From: a virus
Direction: 5' to 3' (one strand)
IMG/VR virus record: IMGVR_UViG_3300045988_187372
Length of the DNA: 64,000 nucleotides
Positions 28,056 through 38,202 of this stretch are shown here, piece after piece. The translations under genes and the position numbers were made by a program. The notes under the pieces were generated by a model, which was not told the DNA's origin, made no database searches, and saw only the letters and a program-made list of their open reading frames with translations. How positions within the stretch are numbered: the stretch's first letter is position 1; each line of letters opens with the position of its first letter.

Positions 28056-30977
28056 TTAAGATACTGACTTCTTATTTTTAGGCTTAGTACTATACGCTGC
28101 AGCGATTTTTTTAGTATCAATTTTTGTAAGTGCTGATGAATTCTTCTTAGCTTTGGCAGGAGAAGATGCATGAGAATTAGCTCTTACCTTTTTAATCTTA
28201 GCATCCTGTTCTCTTAACTTAGCAGCTTCCTTTAATGCCTTGTTTGGATCAATAGGAACATAATTAGTATTAGTTACATCAAATACTTCCTTAAGGAATG
28301 TGTTATATATTTCTCCATGTTCCTTATCTGAATAACAAACATATTGACCTGTTATAAATAATTCATCCTTTGCTCTGGTTAAGGAAACAAATAATAATCT
28401 TCTCATTTCCTCAATTTCTTTTTCATGATTAACTTTATTACGGATGCTATGCAAATGCTTGCTATCATACTTTGTAACACTGTTAAATATAACCGGCCAT
28501 TCAAGTCCTTTTGATGAGTGAGCTGTTGTAAGTACAACACCTTCATAAGTCTGTTCCATTTTCTTGCAGCAATTAGTTCCAAATACTTTAAAATCCTGAA
28601 TATACTCTAACTCAGACTGTAAATCCTCATTTGCATATACTAAATCTAAGAAATACTCATAGATTTCATCGCCTTCATCTCCCTTAAGTGCATCAAGCAT
28701 ATTATGGAAGATTTGTCTCTGAGACGGAATCGCTATCATATCCATATTCATAAACTGCTGCTTTAGTTTAGAGATTTCATCATTAATATCATTAAATGAT
28801 AAAAGATTTAATATTTCTCCATTATATTTCGCAGCTAGATAATCTAAATAAAGCTTATCTGCTTCAGGCTGATAAAATGCATCAGCTAAAGATAATGCAG
28901 CTTTAACCTTTCCGTTTTCAGCTAATGGCATTGGATTCATCATAACCCAAGGAATATTTGCTTTTGATAATGCGGCCCCAATAGAAACAAGTTCAGCCTT
29001 TGTATATGTAAGCACTGCAATGTCTTCTGGAATATGTTCGTTTAAATCCAACATCTCTTTAATTGTATCTACAATATACTCAATTTCTTCATCTTTGCTA
29101 TAAAAGCCCTTTACTGTTACAGGTGCACCATGATCCTTACATGGATTCATAGCTTTAATAAGTCTTTCCTTATTAAGTGCTTCTATATCAGTTGCAACCT
29201 TAAGTATTTCAGGAGTACTTCTTCTATTAACTGATAAATTAATATCTATACCTTTTATGCCTAACTTATCGAAGAAATGAATCATATTTTCCGGAGATGT
29301 ATGTCTGAACCCATAAATACTCTGAGAATCATCACCTACAACCATTAAAGACTCAAAACATTTACAATTACATAACTCCTTTATTGTATCCATCTGAATG
29401 TCATTAGAATCCTGAAACTCATCTACTATAATATGCTTAAAACCTAATCTTTCTAAATAACCCGGATGCGCATTGATAATGTTAAACATCATTGGCTCCT
29501 GATCAGCAAATGTAATAAGTGAATCTTCAAGTAGCTGTTTCTGGTATTCAGAATATAAATCCATTAACTGTGTAACAGCAATACCAGTGCCCATAAATCT
29601 TGAATAACCTTTATCTCTTAAAAGTTCTGTAAGCTGATTATTTGCATCTGGAAGTGTAATATCAACATGTTCAGTTTTAATCAACTCAAAGCATTTTTCA
29701 GCACAAGCTAATGCACCTCTTAAGTTCGGTGTATCTGTCATAAAGTTCAAGTAATCGATTCCGTTAATATGATTATCAGTTAATAATTGAGTAATAATCT
29801 TACGATTTCTTACATCATCAATTACAACAGGAGGATTTGTAAATCCCAATTCCTTATACTCAAATTTAACAATATTATAAGCAAAACTATTAAAAGTCAT
29901 TGCCTGAATATCGTCAGGACTTACAGAAAGTCCATAAGTTAAACACTTACTTGCGATCCTTGTTTTCATTTCTGCTGCACCTGCGTCTGTAAATGTTATA
30001 AATAACATTTCTTCCGGCTTGACACCTTCAACAAACATTTGTGCTCCTCTTTCAGTAACACATTCTGTTTTACCTGCACCGGCTGTAGCAATTACTCTTG
30101 CAATTCCTTTTCTAAAATCAACTATCTGCTGCTGTTCGTCTGATAAAATAATTTTGTCTCTCTTCTTAAGCGTTTTCTTTTCGAAATGTGCAGGAGTTTT
30201 TGTATAATGGCAAAGCATATTATAAGAACATGTTTTACAATCATCTTCTGTACACTGAATATGGCCCTGCTCAGATAAATTGATCTGCTTAATATAATCT
30301 AATTCTTCTCCACAAAGGCTATCTTTACCCCATTCAACTTCTTTTTCAAATGAAACAACATTACCACCATAGCCTGAAAAGAAATCAGCATCAGTCATAC
30401 TTTTAGAAGTATCTGTGCTTTTTCTTAAGTAATAATAAGATCCTTTAATAATCTTTTTTTCACCTGGTTTAAGTAATGATTTTGCATATAAATATAATGC
30501 ATATATTTCCGGACACTTTAAAACAGATAAATCCTGTTTCTTGCCTGAGACAGTTACCACGGGCTTTGAAGCAAAAAACTTGATTGCTTCAATTTCATTT
30601 TTATTAACAGAAACAGCATCAGGTCTAATATGAATTGCATAATCCTGACTTACAGGAATATCCTTAGCATCAACTTCAACTTCAAGTTTTCTTTTTTCGC
30701 AAGACGCATATCTTGTAAGAATTTCTGTAAGACGCTTAATTCTTCCTTCATTAGTTTCTGTAGGCAAATTATTCTCTTCAACACCTTCAGACACTAAATC
30801 GTGAAATTCATTAATCTGAAACTCACCTTTTAAATAGCCCATAATAATCTGCTTGATGATAATAGCATTATCATAATTGTCATTTTTCTTTGTAGTAACT
30901 TCAATTTCCTTTTTTAAGTTCTTCATAAGACGACAATGATACTTGCCTCTTAACTCTTCTGATTTTAATACTTTCAT
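28056..30977 (-). CDS. helicase-nuclease: N-terminal PD-(D/E)XK Cas4/RecB-like Fe-S nuclease fused to UvrD-like SF1 helicase
   Basis: RPDAV...EIEAIKFF (D..ExK) and C-x5-C-x2-C-x5-C cluster CTEDDCKTCSYNMLC; Walker A ATAGAGKTE; VDEFQDSN motif II. Confidence 0.8.
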   Translation of the reverse strand: MKVLKSEELRGKYHCRLMKNLKKEIEVTTKKNDNYDNAIIIKQIIMGYLKGEFQINEFHDLVSEGVEENNLPTETNEGRIKRLTEILTRYASCEKRKLEVEVDAKDIPVSQDYAIHIRPDAVSVNKNEIEAIKFFASKPVVTVSGKKQDLSVLKCPEIYALYLYAKSLLKPGEKKIIKGSYYYLRKSTDTSKSMTDADFFSGYGGNVVSFEKEVEWGKDSLCGEELDYIKQINLSEQGHIQCTEDDCKTCSYNMLCHYTKTPAHFEKKTLKKRDKIILSDEQQQIVDFRKGIARVIATAGAGKTECVTERGAQMFVEGVKPEEMLFITFTDAGAAEMKTRIASKCLTYGLSVSPDDIQAMTFNSFAYNIVKFEYKELGFTNPPVVIDDVRNRKIITQLLTDNHINGIDYLNFMTDTPNLRGALACAEKCFELIKTEHVDITLPDANNQLTELLRDKGYSRFMGTGIAVTQLMDLYSEYQKQLLEDSLITFADQEPMMFNIINAHPGYLERLGFKHIIVDEFQDSNDIQMDTIKELCNCKCFESLMVVGDDSQSIYGFRHTSPENMIHFFDKLGIKGIDINLSVNRRSTPEILKVATDIEALNKERLIKAMNPCKDHGAPVTVKGFYSKDEEIEYIVDTIKEMLDLNEHIPEDIAVLTYTKAELVSIGAALSKANIPWVMMNPMPLAENGKVKAALSLADAFYQPEADKLYLDYLAAKYNGEILNLLSFNDINDEISKLKQQFMNMDMIAIPSQRQIFHNMLDALKGDEGDEIYEYFLDLVYANEDLQSELEYIQDFKVFGTNCCKKMEQTYEGVVLTTAHSSKGLEWPVIFNSVTKYDSKHLHSIRNKVNHEKEIEEMRRLLFVSLTRAKDELFITGQYVCYSDKEHGEIYNTFLKEVFDVTNTNYVPIDPNKALKEAAKLREQDAKIKKVRANSHASSPAKAKKNSSALTKIDTKKIAAAYSTKPKNKKSVS

Positions 30978-31008
30978 AAAATATCTCCTTTATTATTTTG
31001 ATAAAGAA

Positions 31009-31025
31009 AATATGACAGAAAAAAT
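31009..31025 (-). promoter_or_regulatory. conserved promoter motif
   Basis: AATATGACAGAAAAAAT upstream of helicase-nuclease. Confidence 0.6.
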
Positions 31026-31202
31026 ATTTAAGAGTAACAATAATTCCATCTTGAAATTTAATATCAATATCCATAGCACCTCTTATTTCATTAACTTAGT
31101 TTTAAATTAGTTTCTTTATGCAATATTGCTTTATTTCCAAGACTTTTATTATAAAAAAGACAGGCTGATTATACTTCAACCTGTCCTTAAAATTATATAT
31201 TT

Positions 31203-32777
31203 TTACTTAGTAGAATTCTTTTCTGACTTAGACACTTTTTCAGGAACATTCTTTACAGTTACCTTAATCTCCGGATCAGCATCTTCTGGAATGCCTGTAA
31301 AGTTCACATTCTTTGTTGTCTTGGCATCATATGTATTAGCCTTCATTACTTCTGTAAGATCAAAACCGGTTGTTTCCTTAACAGATTCAATTGTCTTTGC
31401 AAGTACTGATGGTACATTACTGCTAAATGAACCTACTCCGGTTTCTCCATTACCACTATCAATAATTGTTACCTTATCAATAGCTTCTAATGGCTTTGCA
31501 ATAGCTCCTGCCATCTCAGGAAGTACCTTGATAATCATTTCAGTCATGGCAGCCTTACCATACTTAGCCATTGCATCTGCTTTCTTCTCCATAGCTTCAG
31601 CTTCAGCTAATCCCCTTGCCTTAATACTTTCAGCATCAGCAACACCTTTTGCCTTAATACTCTCTGCTTCTGCAAAGCCCTGTGCCTTAACTGCTTCAGC
31701 TTCCTGTTCCTTAGCAAATCTGTCTGCTTCTGCCTGTGATTTCTTAGCTTCAGCCTGCTTCTGAATTTCAAACTGCTTTGCTTCTGCTTCCTTCTGTCTC
31801 TGATAAAGTTCTGCATCTGCCTTCTGCTGTGCTGCATACTTTTCAGCTTCAGCCTGCTTACGGATATCAGCATCAAGTGTCTTTTCCTTAACAGTGATTT
31901 CCTTTTCTCTTAATTCAATTTCCTTTTCCTGCTTTGCAATATTAGCATTGGCAGTTGTAATTTCAATTGTCTTTCTCTGTTCCTGCTGCTGGATTTCATA
32001 TGCCGCATCAGCTTCAGCCTTCTTGACATCTGCTGCTCTCTTTAATTCCTGCTTCTTAATCTCAAGTTCATTATTTCTTTCTGCAATAGCTGTCTCAGCT
32101 TCAATTCTTGCATCATTAGCCTGCTTTTCAGCATTAGCCTTTGCAACTGCAATATCTCTTTCTGATTCTGCTCTTGATATCTGTGCTGACTTACTGATAC
32201 TTACAACCCTGTCAATACCAAGGTTTTCAATAACATTACCTTCATCAGTAACATTCTGAACATTAAAGCTTACAATTTCAAGACCCATTCTTTCCATATC
32301 AGGAGCAGCATTCTCCTGTACCTTTTCAGCAAATAACTTTCTGTCCTGTACAATATCCTCAAGCTTCATCTGTCCTATAATTTCACGGACATTACCTTCA
32401 AGTACATCTACAACTGATTCTCTGATATAATCTGAATTTTTATTAAGGAAGTTACTTGCCGCTTTCCCAAGCATTTCAGGTGATGAACCAATCTTAATCT
32501 TTACAGCAGAATCAATATTAACATTGATATACTCATTTGTTGGTACTGATTCCTTTGTCTTGACATCAACAGAAATCATCTTTAAATCAAGTTTATCAAC
32601 TCTCTGTAAAAATGGTATCTTAAGTGATGACCTTCCAATTACATACTTAGGTGTCTTTCTAAGTCCTGATACAATAAGTGCCTTGTCTGTCGGAGCCTTA
32701 ATATAACTTGCAAATAATAATGCAATTAATACTACAACCACCGCTACTACAATTCCAATCGTTACTTCAATTCCCAT
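31203..32777 (-). CDS. flotillin / SPFH (band-7) domain protein
   Basis: N-terminal TM helix, SPFH core (KALIVSGLRK...ISVDVKTKE...), long Ala/Glu/Lys-rich coiled coil. Confidence 0.8.
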   Translation of the reverse strand: MGIEVTIGIVVAVVVVLIALLFASYIKAPTDKALIVSGLRKTPKYVIGRSSLKIPFLQRVDKLDLKMISVDVKTKESVPTNEYINVNIDSAVKIKIGSSPEMLGKAASNFLNKNSDYIRESVVDVLEGNVREIIGQMKLEDIVQDRKLFAEKVQENAAPDMERMGLEIVSFNVQNVTDEGNVIENLGIDRVVSISKSAQISRAESERDIAVAKANAEKQANDARIEAETAIAERNNELEIKKQELKRAADVKKAEADAAYEIQQQEQRKTIEITTANANIAKQEKEIELREKEITVKEKTLDADIRKQAEAEKYAAQQKADAELYQRQKEAEAKQFEIQKQAEAKKSQAEADRFAKEQEAEAVKAQGFAEAESIKAKGVADAESIKARGLAEAEAMEKKADAMAKYGKAAMTEMIIKVLPEMAGAIAKPLEAIDKVTIIDSGNGETGVGSFSSNVPSVLAKTIESVKETTGFDLTEVMKANTYDAKTTKNVNFTGIPEDADPEIKVTVKNVPEKVSKSEKNSTK

Positions 32778-32811
32778 AAATTTTATTCCTTTCTTTTAGT
32801 AAAAATAAGCA

Positions 32812-32871
32812 TGAACTACTCACAATCTACATTAATCAGGTGGAGCTTTCTTGCTTGATTGCGATAAACGT
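32812..32871. repeat. 60-nt conserved structured repeat, copy 3 (degenerate stem)
   Basis: ATGAACTACTCACAATCTACATTAATCAGGTGGAGCTTTCTTGCTTGATTGCGATAAACG in flotillin 5'UTR. Confidence 0.65.
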
Positions 32872-32905
32872 CTTTTAAATTATTTTGTTTACGCCAATCA
32901 TTAGT

Positions 32906-32920
32906 AATATGACAGATATT
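32906..32920 (-). promoter_or_regulatory. conserved promoter motif
   Basis: AATATGACAGATATT; transcript passes through repeat copy 3 before flotillin start. Confidence 0.55.
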
Positions 32921-32994
32921 TAATTTATTTTTTTTACATAAAAAAATGGCTATGTTTTCACATAGCCATTCAGGAGGGAGGTTTAAATTTATTG

Positions 32995-33420
32995 TCAAGC
33001 ATACAGTGCATAAGTATGCTTATGAGTCAAATTTTTAGCTGCATCAATATCTCTTTTAATAAATTCCTTGTCAATTCTTCTCTCGTAAGATTTGACAATA
33101 TTCTTAAAATTATGTAAGCAGCTTTCAATTGATGACTGCATCTCTGAATATATACAGTCATTTTTCATATCAATATTATCAGAATTAATAAAAATACTGA
33201 CAACATTGCAATCTGGTTCAGGCATTCCGTCATCTGTATAATAGCAATCGCTACCCATAAAAAGCACATATTTACCTTCACCAAACACTAATTTTTTATC
33301 CATATAAATGTAAGATTCATCTTCATCTATATAGACCTCTGTTTCTCCAATTGATTCATCAAACATATTATTTTCAAATATGTCAATGTCTTCTTCTTTT
33401 ATATCAAATAAATCTAACAT
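32995..33420 (-). CDS. hypothetical acidic protein
   Basis: likely start MLDLFDIKEE at 33420 with RBS AAAAGGAGGACATACAGT; promoter-motif variant at ~33465 lies inside longer track ORF. Confidence 0.5.
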   Translation of the reverse strand: MLDLFDIKEEDIDIFENNMFDESIGETEVYIDEDESYIYMDKKLVFGEGKYVLFMGSDCYYTDDGMPEPDCNVVSIFINSDNIDMKNDCIYSEMQSSIESCLHNFKNIVKSYERRIDKEFIKRDIDAAKNLTHKHTYALYA

Positions 33421-33530
33421 ACTGTATGTCCTCCTTTTAAATTGATTTATCTTATATATGACTGAAAAATAAAATAAGATAAACAAAAAATGCATTTCTA
33501 TTTATTAATATAGAAATGCATTTAACACAA

Positions 33531-34469
33531 TTAAATATATTCAATTTTTAATTCTTCAGTTTTAAGCCATGCATTCATGATTTTGTTATATAATTCTTTA
33601 AGTCTCTTTATTTCTTTTTTTGTTAAATGAACAACATTAACTAACATTTTATTTGAAGAACCTGCTAATTTATTCAAGATAACCTGTTTATCTTTAATTA
33701 GATAAACAATTCGTGTACAAGCCAAATTTACTGCACAATCTGGATTTTCCTGAATCAAATCATTGAATGTAAATCTTGAGTTAATGCCATTTTTTTTAAT
33801 TAACCAAACGGCTTCAAGAGTTTCATCAAATTTTACATTTAAAGCTTTCTTATCTGTACTATAAACATAATCCTTTTCTGCAACACAATTATCCGGTATA
33901 TCAATTATAGACGGTTCATATTGCAAGCAATCTATTATAGAACCATTTTTATCAAATATATTTAATGGATAATCCTGAATTCCTATTAATTTTAAGTCTT
34001 CAGATGTAAATATATTTTTAATAGGATTATCAATAACTTTAGATTTTTCTTCATTAGAATTATTATTTTTAACAGATAACTTTCCTGAAGAATCTATAGA
34101 AACAATACCCCAAGATGATTTATTATTTGTTTCTTCTAATGCGTAGTTTGACTTATCTCCAGGACATAATTCAGCAAGCCAATTTAATGTCTGTCCATAA
34201 TTTAGCCCTGTTTTTAATTGGACCAGTTTAATTACATTCCAACTTTCTCCACAAGCAAAGCAATGGATTCCCTTAAAATGCTTTTTTGAATCCACATATA
34301 TACTTGCTGAACCAAAATGTTTATCATTATGAAACGGACATAAAATTTCTCGTTTATTCCCAGTAACTATATCCGTTCCTGCAGTAGCATTTGAAATTTT
34401 AATATTAAGCTTGTTTATAACATCTAGCATATTAATGCTATCTACAATAGCTTGTCTATCATATCTCAT
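33531..34469 (-). CDS. DnaG-type CHC2 zinc-finger protein (primase-like)
   Basis: CPFHNDKHFGSASIYVDSKKHFKGIHCFACGESWNVIKL = primase zinc-ribbon signature; no clear TOPRIM. Confidence 0.6.
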   Translation of the reverse strand: MRYDRQAIVDSINMLDVINKLNIKISNATAGTDIVTGNKREILCPFHNDKHFGSASIYVDSKKHFKGIHCFACGESWNVIKLVQLKTGLNYGQTLNWLAELCPGDKSNYALEETNNKSSWGIVSIDSSGKLSVKNNNSNEEKSKVIDNPIKNIFTSEDLKLIGIQDYPLNIFDKNGSIIDCLQYEPSIIDIPDNCVAEKDYVYSTDKKALNVKFDETLEAVWLIKKNGINSRFTFNDLIQENPDCAVNLACTRIVYLIKDKQVILNKLAGSSNKMLVNVVHLTKKEIKRLKELYNKIMNAWLKTEELKIEYI

Positions 34470-34738
34470 GCAACTGCCTCCACAACAACTTCATTACCTT
34501 CAATATGCGCATTGCTGCAATATCCGCCAATTGCTTTAAGGGATTCAACAACCAGATCCTTTGTAGCATATAAATGATCTCCAGGAGCTAAATAAAAAAC
34601 ATTTTCTTCACTGTTTATTAATTCAATGCCTTCTGATGAAGAAACATTTTTGCATACATATGGGTAATTATCCTCCTTATTTTTATTAACTTCTACTGCT
34701 AAAGCCTTTCTCCATGGCGTAAAATCGAATTTATTCAT
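34466..34738 (-). CDS. hypothetical protein
   Basis: 90 aa; RBS AAGGAGG; promoter 34773-34789. Confidence 0.5.
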   Translation of the reverse strand: MNKFDFTPWRKALAVEVNKNKEDNYPYVCKNVSSSEGIELINSEENVFYLAPGDHLYATKDLVVESLKAIGGYCSNAHIEGNEVVVEAVA

Positions 34739-34772
34739 AACAAATTCCTCCTTTAAATTTTTGATATAAAGG

Positions 34773-34789
34773 ATATGACAGAAAAAAAA
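34773..34789 (-). promoter_or_regulatory. conserved promoter motif
   Basis: ATATGACAGAAAAAAAA upstream of 34466..34738. Confidence 0.6.
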
Positions 34790-34823
34790 TCATTAATGAA
34801 AGGAGATTCTAAATTCATGATGA

Positions 34824-34999
34824 TATAACAAAAGCAGGAGATGCTTGCTTATCTCCTGCTAAAATATTAATTTCTAAATTGTTTTATAAACTATTCACAA
34901 CCGATTATTGTCGGATGAAGTTTTCTTGCTATTCTTCGATAATATAGAAATATAATTGATTTTTCCTTTTTAATTGGATATTTTATATATGACAAAAAA
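34824..34999 (-). ncRNA. candidate small RNA unit: promoter - repeat copy 4 - terminator, no ORF
   Basis: promoter motif 34985-34999, terminator hairpin AGCAGGAGATGCTTGCTTATCTCCTGCT + T-run 34824-34851 on minus strand. Confidence 0.35.
34888..34946. repeat. 60-nt conserved structured repeat, copy 4
   Basis: AACTATTCACAACCGATTATTGTCGGATGAAGTTTTCTTGCTATTCTTCGATAATAT; flanked by promoter motif (34985-34999) and terminator (34824-34851). Confidence 0.65.
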
Positions 35000-35001
35000 T
35001 A

Positions 35002-35436
35002 TCATTTAATCAAAATTCTAATCAAATTAGAATCTGCATCTGCTACAAAGTTTTCTATTAAAACTATTTTTATAATGTTGCTTTTGTTATCCACGAATGT
35101 ATATGTTAATACTGGATTTTCTAATACCGACTTATCTAAATCATAATATTTAATTAGTAAATTTCTTAACTTATCATAAATCATTATGAATTTATCTTTG
35201 TAATCATTTTGAACGATATGAACCTTCTTATCTTTAGCGTTAAATTTTATTCTGTCTTCCGAAATTGTAAATGCAGAAATTCCATTGTATATATTAAAAT
35301 TATAACTAAAAATATATTCATAATTAATTTCTGAAATGAAATTATTGATTATCTGGTTTAATTCATATCTAATTTTTTGTCTTGACACTTGTTTTTGTTT
35401 TGTTTTTCTCATAATTTTAAGCATAAAGTCCTCCAT
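35002..35436 (-). CDS. hypothetical protein
   Basis: 144-aa ORF; promoter 35461-35476. Confidence 0.5.
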   Translation of the reverse strand: MEDFMLKIMRKTKQKQVSRQKIRYELNQIINNFISEINYEYIFSYNFNIYNGISAFTISEDRIKFNAKDKKVHIVQNDYKDKFIMIYDKLRNLLIKYYDLDKSVLENPVLTYTFVDNKSNIIKIVLIENFVADADSNLIRILIK

Positions 35437-35460
35437 AATTAAAAAATATATTATATTTTT

Positions 35461-35476
35461 AATATGACAGAGGAAA
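35461..35476 (-). promoter_or_regulatory. conserved promoter motif
   Basis: AATATGACAGAGGAAA upstream of 35002..35436. Confidence 0.55.
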
Positions 35477-35526
35477 TAAAAAAACTGTCAGGACGATTCC
35501 TGACAGTTTAATTGTAAAATAATAAA

Positions 35527-38061
35527 CTATAATTCTAATTCGTCATCAAATATTCTATTTTCCTTATGTTCTACTTTAGATAAATTCTTTAAATCTAACT
35601 CATCTGCTGCCTTTACTGTTACTTTTTCTAATTCCTTATTGGCAACAGGATTATCTAATTTTTCAGATTTACCGCAAAATTCATTAGAAATATAATCAAG
35701 GTCATACGATGATACTACCTTTGCATTCTCTTTCAGACCTTCTTTTTGAACATCTAGTGGATATAATGAGAACACTGTATCAGCCTCTTTTATATCAGTT
35801 GTAAGCTCTCCGCAGCCTTCGGCATATAAATCAAATAATTGTTTCATATCTGGAATAGCGTTATTTAATATATATCCTAATTCAACTGATGTCTGTTTAT
35901 TTAAATCATTTGAAACAACATTCTGCCCTAAATTTAAACTGCCTACATGGTCAATCCAATATGTCGCATCATTTTCTACATCATAAACACATGGAGTTGC
36001 CATGGTTGATGCTGCATTTATTTTAATTGGATGCTCAATCTGTGATATTTCGAACTGTTTTCCAAGGAAAATAACAGATCGTTCATCTTTAATAAAATCA
36101 ATAACCTCATCATAATCATCATATTCAGCATCATGATCCCTATGACATGCTTTTCTTGTATCCATATACTCACCTAAAGAACCCTCTTTTTCCATTTCAA
36201 TAAATTTAAGTCCTTCAGCTTTATTAAATGGCACTGAGAATCCATGAATTTCTACAACAGCATATTTAATACCGGCATCTTTCATAGCTTTTTTATCTAA
36301 TAAAACCATTTCAGTAGCACCATTTGGGGCATCTGTATAATCGCCACTATGTACACCAAATTTTCCGGATTTTAAATTATAATAATACAGGGTATCAACT
36401 GTTATGTTTTTATCATTATAAAACTTAACACTTAAATCAATGTCCCCTCTTACTTCATGTCCATTATTATCCTTATAATTTTTCCAGTATATTCCATAAG
36501 CTAATAAGTTTTTATCCTGATCACCTGATAATCTACTATATGGAGTAATAATATTACCTGCAGAACAATCTCTCATATCTCTTAAAGGAATTTTAATATC
36601 TTCTAATTTAGGGTCAATATATACTTTACCCAACTGTTTTGTATCTGAAATGTTATGAACAATAGTCTGTCTAATAATATTTCTTATATTATTCATTTGA
36701 GCATCTGAAAGATGTAACGGTTTATTATCTGAAACTAATAATTTTCCATTTTTATTCTTATAAATTCTATTCTCATGTTCTTTATTTCTTAATTCAAACG
36801 AATTATACATAGTAAGCATTGATTGCACAGGAACATTACAATACATAATTTTGTTTGCAATTGAAGTTAAAGCTAAACCATTACCTTCTTTTGCTGCTTC
36901 ATCAACATACTGAATATAATGTTGAACAAAATACCCAGGGAAATTATCCGCAAGTTTATTAAATTTTTGTACATTTTCAAATGATGAAACTTTAATAAGA
37001 TTATCTATCGCTTTTTCAAACTGTCTTGGGACTGGAATAATATCCTTACCGTTTTCATCCTTTTTTATTTTATTAGCAAGATTATCAAACGCTTTTACTA
37101 CTCTTTCAGGACCAGTATGTGAATCAATTCTATTCATTAATCTCTTATATAATCCTTCATCCTTCCAGATATCATAGTAAAGATTTGGACAGTTATTTAA
37201 CATATCCTTTATTAACCTTTTGTCTGAATTGGTTAACTTATATTTAACTTTGCCGTTCTTATTTGAAACTGTTTTCTTAGTATTTAATGATATATCATTA
37301 ACTTTGCTTCCAAAATTCTGATTTGAAAGTTCTGCTGCAAATCTTAATACATCTTTAGAATCCTTTATCATATTAACTGCTGAATTTCTTGCACCCAGTT
37401 TATATAATAGACTAGCTGTTTTAACTAAATTTTCTTTACTCTGATAAGGTATCTCGGTTGAAACAATTTGGTCAATTTTAAATGGATATTCACGAAAATA
37501 TGTTTCAACATCTTTCAAGTTTTCTTCATTCATACCTTTTGGCGCATGAATTCTATTTACCATTAATTCATCTAATTCTTTTATATTTGTATTATTAATT
37601 ACCTTTAATTTGTCAGGGAAGTTTTCCAATAATGGAAGCCTGTCAATTTTTTCCTCAGTTACAGAATCTCTTATCATTTGTGCTATCGTTTTACATCTTT
37701 CATCATCTGTCTGGGAAAATGTATAATATAATAACGAATTAATATATAATGCTTCCTCAGATTTATCCATGACTTCTTCCGGGAAATTAGGATAGAATAA
37801 CTCAACAGAATTAAATTCATCAATCCCTTTATATTCTTTAATAATATCTGTCAAATCATTATATACCCCACATATTTCCTGTGCAGGCAATTTAGCTAAT
37901 GCGGATATAGCATCCGTGCTTAATGTATAACCATAACTTTCCAAATTTCTATTGACTGATAAAGCCATATTAATGTTTTCATATTCAATATCAATGGGAT
38001 TTTGTGGGATTGAAAACTTAGATAGATTGTTAAATAAAATAGAATTAATAGATTTGTTCAT
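35527..38061 (-). CDS. large hypothetical protein (844 aa)
   Basis: long uninterrupted ORF with RBS GGAGG; no motif recognised. Confidence 0.6.
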   Translation of the reverse strand: MNKSINSILFNNLSKFSIPQNPIDIEYENINMALSVNRNLESYGYTLSTDAISALAKLPAQEICGVYNDLTDIIKEYKGIDEFNSVELFYPNFPEEVMDKSEEALYINSLLYYTFSQTDDERCKTIAQMIRDSVTEEKIDRLPLLENFPDKLKVINNTNIKELDELMVNRIHAPKGMNEENLKDVETYFREYPFKIDQIVSTEIPYQSKENLVKTASLLYKLGARNSAVNMIKDSKDVLRFAAELSNQNFGSKVNDISLNTKKTVSNKNGKVKYKLTNSDKRLIKDMLNNCPNLYYDIWKDEGLYKRLMNRIDSHTGPERVVKAFDNLANKIKKDENGKDIIPVPRQFEKAIDNLIKVSSFENVQKFNKLADNFPGYFVQHYIQYVDEAAKEGNGLALTSIANKIMYCNVPVQSMLTMYNSFELRNKEHENRIYKNKNGKLLVSDNKPLHLSDAQMNNIRNIIRQTIVHNISDTKQLGKVYIDPKLEDIKIPLRDMRDCSAGNIITPYSRLSGDQDKNLLAYGIYWKNYKDNNGHEVRGDIDLSVKFYNDKNITVDTLYYYNLKSGKFGVHSGDYTDAPNGATEMVLLDKKAMKDAGIKYAVVEIHGFSVPFNKAEGLKFIEMEKEGSLGEYMDTRKACHRDHDAEYDDYDEVIDFIKDERSVIFLGKQFEISQIEHPIKINAASTMATPCVYDVENDATYWIDHVGSLNLGQNVVSNDLNKQTSVELGYILNNAIPDMKQLFDLYAEGCGELTTDIKEADTVFSLYPLDVQKEGLKENAKVVSSYDLDYISNEFCGKSEKLDNPVANKELEKVTVKAADELDLKNLSKVEHKENRIFDDELEL

Positions 38062-38105
38062 AATATAACCTCCAAAAAAATAAACACAATAGTTCTTACA
38101 AAAAA

Positions 38106-38145
38106 AGTCTTAATATCATAGTTTATTTACTATGACATTAAGACT
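38106..38145 (-). terminator. hairpin + T8 immediately upstream of the 844-aa gene
   Basis: AGTCTTAAT / ATTAAGACT 9-bp stem with 23-nt loop containing TATGACAT, followed on minus strand by TTTTTTTT. Confidence 0.45.
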
Positions 38146-38202
38146 CAAATAATATAATAATCAGCGTTAAACAAAAAAAATAATTTTCCATAATTTGAAA
38201 TA

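Noticed and set aside
27917-28171. Minus-strand ORF 27917..28171 overlapping the helicase end and 27649..27939
   Set aside because: It overlaps both neighbouring genes, sits out of frame, and has no RBS or promoter motif.
31040-31140. Short ORF MDIDIKFQDG... upstream of the helicase gene
   Set aside because: It overlaps the helicase promoter motif and runs into the helicase gene out of frame. The RBS spacing is too short.
11757-32706. Other antisense or overlapping track ORFs (11757..11984, 13059..13298, 14265..14495, 15258..15440, 15540..15876, 16164..16817, 17833..18033, 18157..18384, 19661..20499, 20938..22077, 23683..23964, 24167..24373, 24852..25337, 26105..26311, 30019..30207, 31126..31764, 31607..31876, 31894..32259, 32524..32706)
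   Set aside because: These overlap long, motif-supported minus-strand genes such as DnaE, the helicase and the flotillin. Their composition (Ser/Leu/Phe runs, or poly-Ala from antisense of Glu/Lys-rich coding sequence) is typical of shadow ORFs.
32816-32998. ORF 32816..32998 (-), 60 aa
   Set aside because: It spans repeat copy 3, the promoter motif and the terminator of the flotillin leader, so it is regulatory sequence rather than coding.
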